Assembly: GCA_047629535.1 (NCBI GenBank)
Contig: JBLHXJ010000001.1
Coordinates: forward strand, 41,975 to 65,974
DNA length: 24,000 nucleotides
Direction: 5' to 3'
Origin: Arenicella sp.
Lineage (GTDB): Bacteria; Pseudomonadota; Gammaproteobacteria; Arenicellales; Arenicellaceae
Within the stretch, counting starts at the first letter, position 1, and every line of letters begins with the position of its first letter. Shown piece after piece: positions 1 to 7,619 of this stretch. Below the pieces are notes generated by a model. The model was not told the DNA's origin, did not search any database, and was given only the letters and a program-made list of their open reading frames with translations. The position numbers and the translations under genes are program-made.

Positions 1-1067
1 CGCTTGTAGTAATCGCAATTGTGGCGCTGGTAATCGCGCTATCGTTGTTTCCATCAGCACCCAATACCGAATTAACAGAAGTGGATAGCAGCCTCCCACC
101 AGCCGAAATTGTTCAAAAAGTTTTTGGCCCTATCCAGCCAATAAAAGCGGCTACCGATTTAGACCCTGAGAAAGTTTCTCTAGGTTCGCAATTATTCAGT
201 GACAATATACTGTCTGAAGATAATACCGTCTCCTGTGTAACTTGCCACAGTCTTGAGACCGCTGGTACTAACGGCTTGACCGTGTCGGTGGGCATTGCTG
301 GCGGCGTAAAGCACATCAATGTGCCAACCGTGTTTAATTCAGCGTTGAACTTTGTGCAATTTTGGGATGGCCGAGCAAAAACACTTGAAGAGCAGGTGAG
401 TGGCCCGGTCGAGCATCCGTTGGAGATGGGCTCTACTTGGCCCAGTGTAATTAGCCGCCTGAATGCCAATCGTAATTACCGAGAGCAATTTGCTGATCTC
501 TATACAGAAGGCGTATCAAAAGAGTCGGTTAGTCACGCGCTTGCTGAGTTTGAGCGCTCGCTAAATACACCAGATTCGCCCTTTGACCGGTATTTGAAAG
601 GTGATCTGAATGCTTTGGACGAGAAGCAATTGGCCGGTTATCAATTGTTTAAGCAGCTTGGCTGCATACGCTGTCACCAGGGGCAGGGTGTGGGCGGTAA
701 TATGTTTCAGCGAATGGGAGCTAAAAAAGACTACTTCGCTGGCCGCGATGATTTGACTGAGCACGACATGGGCCGCTTTAACGTGACCGGCGATGAGTAC
801 GATCGACATCGGTTTAAGGTCCCGAGCCTTCGTAATATTGCACTTACCGCACCGTACTTTCATGATAGTAGCGCAGCGACCCTGGAACAGGCTATCCAAA
901 CCATGGCGACCTACCAACTCGGTCGTCGCTTAAAAGATCAAGAAGAACAATTGTTAGTTAGCTTTTTAGAAAGCTTAACCGGCGAATACAAGGGCACTAA
1001 GCTAAGCCTTGGAGCCGTTTTTGAAACAGGCGCCGAGACAGGCGATCAAAACGGCAAAAAACTATGA
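1..1067 (+). CDS. Di-heme cytochrome c peroxidase / MauG-family protein (5' end probably off-window)
   Basis: The reading frame is open from the window edge. The ORF-track start at 21 is a GTG inside a hydrophobic signal-like stretch (..VVIAIVALVIALSLF) with no charged n-region, so the true start is probably upstream. Two CxxCH heme c motifs are present: CVTCH (nt 234-248) and CIRCH (nt 663-677). Family hallmarks FWDGRA, FKVPSLRNIALTAPYFHDSS and LEQAIQTMA are also present. Confidence 0.9.
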   Translation, partial: LVVIAIVALVIALSLFPSAPNTELTEVDSSLPPAEIVQKVFGPIQPIKAATDLDPEKVSLGSQLFSDNILSEDNTVSCVTCHSLETAGTNGLTVSVGIAGGVKHINVPTVFNSALNFVQFWDGRAKTLEEQVSGPVEHPLEMGSTWPSVISRLNANRNYREQFADLYTEGVSKESVSHALAEFERSLNTPDSPFDRYLKGDLNALDEKQLAGYQLFKQLGCIRCHQGQGVGGNMFQRMGAKKDYFAGRDDLTEHDMGRFNVTGDEYDRHRFKVPSLRNIALTAPYFHDSSAATLEQAIQTMATYQLGRRLKDQEEQLLVSFLESLTGEYKGTKLSLGAVFETGAETGDQNGKKL

Positions 1068-3199
1068 AAGCCCGAGCAGAATATATTATTGGTTCGGGCG
1101 TCATTTTTGTTGGCGTGCTGTTGATGGCATTCTTCTTTTGGAAGTCTGGCGCGATCGACGATACTCGTGAGCATCAGCGCTTTGTAGAAAGTGTCCGCCA
1201 TTTGCAGGCCAGCGATGCAATTCTCGATCAGCACCTTTTACGCTTGCGCAACGGCTCGGCGACTAGCGTTGATAATGTTAACCAAGAGTTAGTTGCGATC
1301 AGCCGATTGAATGCAATTATAGCTAGGCCGCCGGATTATATTTCGCCAAAAGGTACCGCGATTTTGATGGATATTTTGGCAAATTATCATCTGGTGATGG
1401 AGCGTAAGAAATTACTAATTGAGCGCTTTATGGCTGAAAATGCGAATCTTAAAACATCTATTGTGTATTATCCGATTTTGAGTCAAGAGCTGGTAGATAG
1501 CTTAGACGAGATTGAGCAAGGCCAACCTATTACCGAAAAAATACAGACGCTTTTGCGTGATATTTTATTGTTTAACCTTAATACCAACCCTGGTTTAGGT
1601 ATTTCAATTAAAAGCCAAATTGGTCGGCTCGATGCGGCTGGTCAAGCTTACCTCATAGGTGCAAACGCAACGAGCTTGAATTCGATTAGAGGAATTGAAG
1701 ATCTAAGCTTGCAGGGGCAAACGATTCTGCGGGTGAAGCCTGGAGTTGATTCGCTTATTACCGAACTAATGTCGATACCGATAACGGTTGAGCTCGAGAG
1801 CTTTGCAGACGAATACCACCGCTGGTATAGCTATGCGCTAGACAGTGCCAAGTTTTATCGTTTTTGTTTGTACTTTATGATTGTTCTGACAATCATAATT
1901 ATTTCCTGGATGATTATTCGAAACCTTAATGCCCGCATAAGGCGCGCGACCCAATCTATTGCACAACAACGCGATCAGTTAGTAGTCAAACTCGATGAGC
2001 GAAGGGCCCTATCTGAGGTGGCCATGGCGGTCAGTAGCGTTGGTGATCTGAACAAGGTATTAGATACCATATTAGCAAAGAGTCTTGAGGTGGTTGAGGT
2101 CGAAGCAAGCTCCATATTGTTGCTCGATAAAGAGAAAAATGATCTCTATTTTCATACCGTGCAGGGCCGAGTCTCTGACAATCTTAAAGATATACGCATC
2201 GCGTTAGGTCAAGGCTTGGTAGGGCATGTTGCTCAAAACGGCAAAACGGAGGTAGTTTCTGACCCTTATGCGGACCCACGTTTTAACCAACAGGTAGATA
2301 TTGCTACCGGCTTTGTTACCAAATCAATTCTGACAACACCGCTGGTAAGCCAGGATGAAATCATCGGCGTGTTACAGTTGGTAAACCGTCGGCAACAAGA
2401 GTCGTTTGATGATAACGACGTGCTACTAATTGAATCATTCGCGGTACAAGCCGGTATTGCAATCGTAAATTCGCGACTTTATTCCGACGTTAAAAATTAT
2501 GCCAACGACCTTAAAGAGTCTCTCGAAAAAGAACGAACCTTAAGAGTTCAGAAGCAGAAAATGGGTGCTTACATGCCTAAGGATGTGGTCGATCAGATAT
2601 CACGTAGCAGCGAAGAAAAAATCGCTCTTGGTGGTAAGGTAGTGCGCGCCACGATTATGTTCTCAGACATTGTTGGTTTCACCCGTTTGTCAGAACGCTT
2701 GGAACCAGAAAAAGTAGTCGATTTTTTAAATCTTTACATGACCGCGATGAGCAACATCATAGAACAAGAGGGTGGCATTGTAGATAAGTTCATTGGCGAT
2801 GGCATTATGGCCGTTTTTACTGACAGTGAAACTGAGCAGGCAATGGCGGCGGTGCAAGCGGGCTTGAGAATGCAAGCCGCGGTTCAGAGCGAACGAGAAA
2901 GCTGGGGTAGCATTGATCAAGATTTGGCTAAGGTGGAGATTCGTATTGGTATTAACTCCGGCCGAGTAATATCCGGTAATGTAGGGTCCGAACAACGAAT
3001 GGATTACACCGTGATTGGCGACAATGTAAATGTCGCAGCGCGAATCGAGCAAGCGTGTAATCCCGGCGAAGTACTTATTAGTCTATCTACTTTTGAAGAC
3101 GTCAAGCTGCGAGTTAAATCGACCGAAATGGAGCCAATTAAAGTGAAAAATCGAGATCAGGCTGTCCTAACTTATTCAGTCGACTCAGTGTTGTCTTAG
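1064..3199 (+). CDS. Membrane sensor protein: periplasmic helical domain - GAF - class III adenylate cyclase
   Basis: ATG 1064 overlaps the upstream TGA (ATGA at 1064-1067). Two predicted TM helices (aa ~8-27 and ~263-287) bracket a helical extracytoplasmic region of about 235 aa. A GAF-like region spans aa ~316-468 (nt ~2009-2467). The cyclase homology domain spans aa ~525-700 (nt ~2636-3163) and contains FSDIVGFT, DKFIGDGIMAVF and DYTVIGDNVNVAARIE (metal Asp, Asn/Arg). The Lys575/Thr648 pair suggests ATP as substrate (class IIIb-like). Confidence 0.9.
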   Translation: MKARAEYIIGSGVIFVGVLLMAFFFWKSGAIDDTREHQRFVESVRHLQASDAILDQHLLRLRNGSATSVDNVNQELVAISRLNAIIARPPDYISPKGTAILMDILANYHLVMERKKLLIERFMAENANLKTSIVYYPILSQELVDSLDEIEQGQPITEKIQTLLRDILLFNLNTNPGLGISIKSQIGRLDAAGQAYLIGANATSLNSIRGIEDLSLQGQTILRVKPGVDSLITELMSIPITVELESFADEYHRWYSYALDSAKFYRFCLYFMIVLTIIIISWMIIRNLNARIRRATQSIAQQRDQLVVKLDERRALSEVAMAVSSVGDLNKVLDTILAKSLEVVEVEASSILLLDKEKNDLYFHTVQGRVSDNLKDIRIALGQGLVGHVAQNGKTEVVSDPYADPRFNQQVDIATGFVTKSILTTPLVSQDEIIGVLQLVNRRQQESFDDNDVLLIESFAVQAGIAIVNSRLYSDVKNYANDLKESLEKERTLRVQKQKMGAYMPKDVVDQISRSSEEKIALGGKVVRATIMFSDIVGFTRLSERLEPEKVVDFLNLYMTAMSNIIEQEGGIVDKFIGDGIMAVFTDSETEQAMAAVQAGLRMQAAVQSERESWGSIDQDLAKVEIRIGINSGRVISGNVGSEQRMDYTVIGDNVNVAARIEQACNPGEVLISLSTFEDVKLRVKSTEMEPIKVKNRDQAVLTYSVDSVLS

Positions 3200-3323
3200 C
3201 GTCATGTCGTTAATGTATTTTCTTGTAGCTAAATTAAACTTAGTAATTAAGTGAAAATACTGTTAATAGCTAATTCCTACTTTAGCTTATGATAGGCCTA
3301 ACTCTATTGCTGTTGTTATCTGT

Positions 3324-4169
3324 ATGAAAACACCGAAAAGACTATTGCCGCTGATTGAAGACGGCTTGGTCGACGAAGTCCTTGGTCAACTGATGAGTGG
3401 CAAAGAAGCCACTGTGTATATGGTGCGCTGTGGCTCCGAGGTTCGTTGTGCCAAAGTGTATAAAGAAGCCGCACAGCGAAGCTTCAAAAAAGCAGTGCAA
3501 TACCAAGAAGGCCGTCGTGTGCGTAATAGCCGCCGCGGCCGGGCAATGGAAAAGGGCTCTAAGTTTGGACGCGATCAACAAGAAGAAATTTGGCAAAGTG
3601 CCGAGGTAGACGCCTTATATAAACTTGCCGCCGCTGGGGTGCGAGTGCCAGAGCCCTACGGTTGCTTCAACGGTGTGCTGTTAATGGAGTTAATTACCGA
3701 TGAAGAAGGCTACGTAGCACCGCGTCTAAACGACGTGGAACTAAGCCCAGAACGAGCGCGGCGTGACCATGCCGTGGTTATGCAAGACGTTATTAAAATG
3801 TTATGCGTTGGCCTAATTCATGGCGACTTATCTGAATTTAATGTGTTGGTTGATGAAGTTGGCCCGGTAATTATCGACCTGCCACAAGCCGTTAACGCGG
3901 CGGGTAATAACAATGCAAAAGCCATGCTCGAACGAGACGTGCGCAACATGACTAACTACTATGGCCAATTCGCACCTGAATTACTCGAGAGCGAACACGC
4001 AAAAGAAATTTGGAAGCTCTATGAAAAAGGCGACCTCAAAGCAGATACTAAGCTCACGGGCATTGTCGAAATAGATACTCGCCCAGCTAATGTCGACTCA
4101 GTAATGCTAGAAATCAAAGCGGCTTTCGAAGAACAGGAAGAGCGTTTGCAGCGATTGAGTGATGATTAG
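3324..4169 (+). CDS. RIO-type serine protein kinase/ATPase
   Basis: 281-aa ORF. It has the RIO ATP-loop motif SGKEATVY, the catalytic loop LIHGDLSEFNVL and the metal-binding IIDLPQAV. An AT-rich 124-bp upstream spacer precedes it. Confidence 0.85.
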   Translation: MKTPKRLLPLIEDGLVDEVLGQLMSGKEATVYMVRCGSEVRCAKVYKEAAQRSFKKAVQYQEGRRVRNSRRGRAMEKGSKFGRDQQEEIWQSAEVDALYKLAAAGVRVPEPYGCFNGVLLMELITDEEGYVAPRLNDVELSPERARRDHAVVMQDVIKMLCVGLIHGDLSEFNVLVDEVGPVIIDLPQAVNAAGNNNAKAMLERDVRNMTNYYGQFAPELLESEHAKEIWKLYEKGDLKADTKLTGIVEIDTRPANVDSVMLEIKAAFEEQEERLQRLSDD

Positions 4170-4183
4170 CTATAAGGCTTTGT

Positions 4184-5698
4184 TTATTTTATTGTTGATC
4201 TCTTTTCATCTGTCACCCCGATTTTGCTTCTAACAATCTCCGACTCTTGCGGGCTGAGCTCGACACTTGCATCGATTATTTTTTCAAAATGTGCTGTATC
4301 CCAAGTGTTTTCGCCACTTAAGCAATAAACATAGAGCTCGGGAAAATCTTCAATTGCCAGTTGGTCTTCGATAAAAAGCGTTTCAATTAATTTTGAATCT
4401 TCGCCTTTGCGTTTACTGTCGTAGGCCATGTTCACTGGCAGAGCGTCTTTACGACATAATACGCTGCCTTCCCATAGTCGAATATTTGAGCAATATACTT
4501 TGTTATTTTCTCGTCGGTGGATTAACCAACGAGGTAAAACTGAGGCGGCCTTATTCTGTTTTAAGGCTGATTCTAATTGCCTTGAAAGACGTGTCGGATG
4601 ATACCAATCATCGTCATCCCACTGGCAAACGAACCGGCCCTTGGCCATTTCGATCGAAAAATTGCGCAAATCACCTAGGCTTTTCTTTGCTTCGATCGGC
4701 ACAACGTGATGCCTTATTTCTTTATTATTAAGGCCCTTCAAGAACTTGTGTGTTGCCGTGTCATCAGATTCGCTAATCACGACCAGCTCTTTATGTGAAT
4801 AGCTTTGTGCCTGAAAACAATCAATAGCGCGCTCTAATAGTGCTACCCGGCCACGGGTCACGCACAAACAGGATATTAGCGGGGCTGGAGAGTTTGACGA
4901 CGACGGCTTGTCGGCCAATCTATATTTTGTTTGCTGGGCGTTAGTGGTGATGTCCTTTTGTGCAATCGAACGATAAAACGATGGTGGCCGTTCGTAATAC
5001 AGGGTTAACAGTGAGAGGTTGCGTATATAGCTCTGGGGATCAATGCCGTTAGGCTCACTTGACTGATGCCACAAATGGTAGGCAATGCCCTTAAGTGTTG
5101 CCATTTTGGTAGCAAAAAAGGCTACCCGCTTGGACATGGCGTCGTCTTCTGCACCCCAGCCTTCAAAGCGTTCATCCATACCGCCCGTCGCGTGGTAAAG
5201 TCTTCGTGTAAGGGCGAACGCTCCTCCGCAGAAGGGGGGGTATTGGCCTATCGACTGTCGGTTTGTCTGTTGCCTTGTTCTATTAATATGCAGCGATTGT
5301 GTCTGCGCTAAAAGCTGTTGTGATTCCTCCTGGCTTAGGTCAACTAAAACGTCATACGGATTGATCGCGTCTACATCGTTGTTCATTTGTTGGCAAATCT
5401 CATCTAACGCAGCTGCGCTAATGAGCATGTCTGAATCGGCGAATACCAGCCGCTCACAGCTTGCATAATTAGCGGCGATGTTCAGCCCCCAGGATTTATT
5501 GAAGCGCCCAGAATTCTCAACAAATACATACTTGATGTTAGCTTGCTGTTGGTTTTTAAATTGAGGGGTAGCGTCTTGCTCGACGAGAATTATCTCTAAG
5601 CTTCGGTCGAGGCTGAGCTGCTGTAAAAGGAAGTGTAAGTTATGTTGCCGACCTTGATCAGATTGGCGATAGGTTATTAGGTAAGAGAAGCGATACAT
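4184..5698 (-). CDS. Two-domain glycosyltransferase: N-terminal beta-1,4-galactosyltransferase-like (GT7/Glyco_transf_7C-like) + C-terminal GT2
   Basis: N-domain (aa 1-~215): ILVEQD, RFNKSWGLNIAANYA, FADSDM (DxD) and FCGGAFALTRRLYHATGGMDERFEGWGAEDDAMSKR, which parallels the beta4GalT FGGVSAL...WGWGGEDDD block. C-domain (aa ~270-504): ISCLCVTRGR, ELVVISESDD, LGDLRNFSIEMAKGRFVCQWDDDDWYHP (classic GT2). No TM segment is evident. Confidence 0.85.
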   Translation of the reverse strand: MYRFSYLITYRQSDQGRQHNLHFLLQQLSLDRSLEIILVEQDATPQFKNQQQANIKYVFVENSGRFNKSWGLNIAANYASCERLVFADSDMLISAAALDEICQQMNNDVDAINPYDVLVDLSQEESQQLLAQTQSLHINRTRQQTNRQSIGQYPPFCGGAFALTRRLYHATGGMDERFEGWGAEDDAMSKRVAFFATKMATLKGIAYHLWHQSSEPNGIDPQSYIRNLSLLTLYYERPPSFYRSIAQKDITTNAQQTKYRLADKPSSSNSPAPLISCLCVTRGRVALLERAIDCFQAQSYSHKELVVISESDDTATHKFLKGLNNKEIRHHVVPIEAKKSLGDLRNFSIEMAKGRFVCQWDDDDWYHPTRLSRQLESALKQNKAASVLPRWLIHRRENNKVYCSNIRLWEGSVLCRKDALPVNMAYDSKRKGEDSKLIETLFIEDQLAIEDFPELYVYCLSGENTWDTAHFEKIIDASVELSPQESEIVRSKIGVTDEKRSTIK

Positions 5699-5855
5699 AT
5701 AAATTCTAATTAACGAGTTGCGTCGGGTTTACTGGCGTAAGACTATGCATAACAATATAACGGATAACCGTGTCCGAGTTCTATTAGAGTAAGATGGTTC
5801 ACAGTTGCGGGCAACCGCGTTCATTTCACTGATAATTTAAATTAAAAAGTACACT

Positions 5856-6512
5856 ATGAAACAAGCGCCATCTCCACAAGTATTGATTGGCACGCCTGCT
5901 TACAATGGCATGCTGCATACAGACTATCTGCATTCGATTCTTGGTTTTGTAAAAAATGACATCCCGCATGCGGTGATGACCATTGGTAATGAGAGTTTGA
6001 TCACTCGGGCCAGGAATACAATTTTGGCCAGTTTCTGGGAGGCCGACACGTTTACCCATCTACTTTTCCTTGATGCTGATGTGTTTCTTGACCATCAGGG
6101 CCTTAGCCAAATGCTTAGCCATAATAAAGATGTTGTTGGCGCGCCAGTTTATCTGAAAGGCAAGAACGCAGACGGCGAACAAACCGCAAATACAGATGCC
6201 AAACTGAATGTTCTGCCGGTGCTTCAATCAGTAACTAGAGTTGGCACCGCAGCACTGCTGCTATCACGTTCGGCGGTTAATTCTTTGGTCGCCCACGCAA
6301 TCAAGCAAGATCGGACCTACAGCATAAATAAGATGCTTCGACATGAAGGGATGGCAACCACCCACTACGATGTGTTCAGAGTGGGTATCTCTAATGACGA
6401 GTATTTATCAGAAGATTTTTGGCTTTGCAAAGAATTGCGAGAGCTGGGTCACGAAATTCACGTCGACACCTCGGTATACACTCGCCATAACGGTATGGTC
6501 TGCTTCGACTAG
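5856..6512 (+). CDS. Small putative GT-A fold glycosyltransferase
   Basis: 218-aa ORF. VLIGTPAYNG opens a Rossmann-like strand. It also has SLITRARNTILASF and HLLFLDADVFL (DxD). I cannot assign a CAZy family by eye. It is divergent from the 4184-5698 gene across a 157-bp spacer. Confidence 0.65.
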   Translation: MKQAPSPQVLIGTPAYNGMLHTDYLHSILGFVKNDIPHAVMTIGNESLITRARNTILASFWEADTFTHLLFLDADVFLDHQGLSQMLSHNKDVVGAPVYLKGKNADGEQTANTDAKLNVLPVLQSVTRVGTAALLLSRSAVNSLVAHAIKQDRTYSINKMLRHEGMATTHYDVFRVGISNDEYLSEDFWLCKELRELGHEIHVDTSVYTRHNGMVCFD

Positions 6513-6634
6513 CGCGGTCTTAATATGAGCGCTAGTCGGTAATCCGTGGACCAGTTTTTATAGCTGTACGCTGGAATAAATTTGCCCTAGGCTGATTCGT
6601 CTAGGGCAACGGCTTCGGCGTAAGAAAAACTGAC

Positions 6635-7486
6635 TTATGCCCAGCTAGACTTCGACAAGCTGAAATTAAACGCAACGTTTGAATTTGCTGGCATAGGCGT
6701 GGTTGGCATAGGCGTTGTTGGCATAGACGTGGTTGGCATAGACGTGGTTGGCATAGACGTAGACGTGGTAGTCGGTACGCCTGTAGTCGTTGGTGCAACA
6801 GTAGTCGTTGGTGCGCCTGTAGTCGTTGGTGCAACAGTAGTCGTTGGTGCCGCAGTGGTGGTTGCCACCGGCGCGCAAACTGGATCAGACGAAGAGACAG
6901 TAAATGCTCCAGTTTCACCTAAGCCACTAATGGAACCCGTAGCCGAAGTTGGCACAGTCGCGCTGTTAAGCGTTGCCGTCACTGTAAAGCCAGAGTGCAA
7001 ACCCACAACGCTTACTGCGGTGCCGTTAACAGAGCCTTTTTGAACATCAACTTCATTATTATTTAGAGTCAATGAAACGGTTGCAACGCCGGCTTCAAGT
7101 GTGAGCAGTACGCAACCGCCATTTAATACTGTAATGGGCGCTTCTTCGGCATATGCCTGACCAATGAAAATATCCAGAATATCGTTAACATCAACGCCGT
7201 CATTTTCAGCCTTGGATATCGATATGCCGCCGCCGCCGCCCATTACTACAACAGCAGCACTGGTTTGTGCATGGCTTGGAAGTATTACCGCGTCAAGTAA
7301 TGGCTTTTTCCATTTATCAGGGACTAAGCTAGTTGAAATAACCGCGCCGCCGCCAATTAAGGTATTTCTTAATACTGTACGTCTAGCATTCTTCTGCTCT
7401 ACACCAACAGCTAGCTCTTGTTGCTCAGCTGATTTAGACGAAGGTGTCGCTTCGCTACTCAATGAATCATTTGTATCTTTAGGCAT
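6635..7486 (-). CDS. Exported protein with twin-arginine-like signal and C-terminal Thr/Pro-rich mucin-like repeat tail
   Basis: The ORF is open to TTG 7549, but the first ATG is at 7486 (MPKDTND...), and using it removes the overlap with the divergent gene. ARRTVLRNTLIGGGAVISTSLV is followed by LPSHA|Q, a possible signal-peptidase site. A central region of about 130 aa is rich in Gly/Val/Thr and carries 2 Cys. The tail is APVATTTAAPTTTVAPTTTGAPTTTVAPTTTGVPTTTSTSMPTTSMPTTSMPTTPMPTTPMP (62 aa, 27 Thr), followed by ANSNVAFNFSLSKSSWA. Confidence 0.75.
   Translation of the reverse strand: MPKDTNDSLSSEATPSSKSAEQQELAVGVEQKNARRTVLRNTLIGGGAVISTSLVPDKWKKPLLDAVILPSHAQTSAAVVVMGGGGGISISKAENDGVDVNDILDIFIGQAYAEEAPITVLNGGCVLLTLEAGVATVSLTLNNNEVDVQKGSVNGTAVSVVGLHSGFTVTATLNSATVPTSATGSISGLGETGAFTVSSSDPVCAPVATTTAAPTTTVAPTTTGAPTTTVAPTTTGVPTTTSTSMPTTSMPTTSMPTTPMPTTPMPANSNVAFNFSLSKSSWA
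6689..6874 (-). repeat. In-frame coding tandem repeats (15-bp x5 and 36-bp x2) encoding the PT-rich tract
   Basis: The 15-bp units are at 6690-6704, 6705-6719, 6720-6734, 6735-6749 and 6750-6764 (ggcata[g/a][g/a]cgt[g/t]gtt; units 3 and 4 are identical). They encode MPTT(S/P). The 36-bp units at 6780-6815 and 6816-6851 match at 35 of 36 positions and encode (APTTTV/APTTTG). Confidence 0.95.
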
Positions 7487-7496
7487 TTTTAATACT

Positions 7497-7524
7497 TTGG
7501 CGGTAGTTAATATGGTCTTATAAT
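7497..7524 (+). promoter_or_regulatory. Candidate sigma70-type promoter for the GT32-FkbM / mega-GT operon
   Basis: TTGGCG (7497-7502), a 16-bp spacer, then a perfect TATAAT (7519-7524), about 95 nt upstream of ATG 7620. This is a pattern match only. Confidence 0.3.
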
Positions 7525-7570
7525 AACCCGAATAATAATTGGCTGCCAAGGGCTATAGGTTAACTTCTAG

Positions 7571-7591
7571 GCTACTCTTTGCTAGAGTAGC
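7571..7591. promoter_or_regulatory. Perfect 8-bp inverted repeat (operator or 5'-UTR hairpin candidate)
   Basis: gctactct (7571-7578), ttgct, agagtagc (7584-7591). It lies in the 133-bp divergent spacer between the PT-protein gene and the GT32-FkbM gene, 29 nt upstream of ATG 7620. Confidence 0.3.
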
Positions 7592-7619
7592 GGGAATATC
7601 CCTCCAGCACCGATTGATT

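Noticed and set aside
113-917. Antisense ORFs inside well-supported genes. Examples: 113-469 and 561-917 minus, 2726-3052 minus, 3342-3596 minus, 4393-4731 plus, 5066-5311 plus, 7164-7523 plus, 17104-17733 minus, 18172-18620 minus, 19237-19579 minus, 21006-21979 minus, 22108-22446 plus, 23552-23749 plus.
   Set aside because: These are shadow ORFs opposite genes with strong family motifs. They have no recognisable motifs or ribosome-binding sites, and their composition is typical of antisense frames.
6690-6851. Possible CRISPR array, because of the regularly spaced direct repeats
   Set aside because: The units are contiguous with no unique spacers. They are 15 and 36 bp long, in frame and coding. 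No cas genes are present in the window.
6601-7043. Additional long ORFs across the repeat region in other frames and on the other strand (6601-6918 minus, 6666-6878 minus, 6699-7043 plus), with products such as QRLLLHQRLQ... or VGIDVVGIDVV...
   Set aside because: These are a by-product of the low-complexity, stop-free tandem repeat. Only the 6635-7486 frame continues into a signal sequence and a non-repeat domain. The others start and end inside the repeat.
7539-7549. ORF-track starts at 7539 (plus) and 7549 (minus), which would make the two divergent genes overlap at their 5' ends
   Set aside because: Both are TTG codons. The first ATGs (7620 and 7486) give a canonical GT32 N-terminus (MIPKIIHQTWKT) and a sensible pre-signal region respectively. 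They also leave a normal 133-bp divergent promoter spacer.
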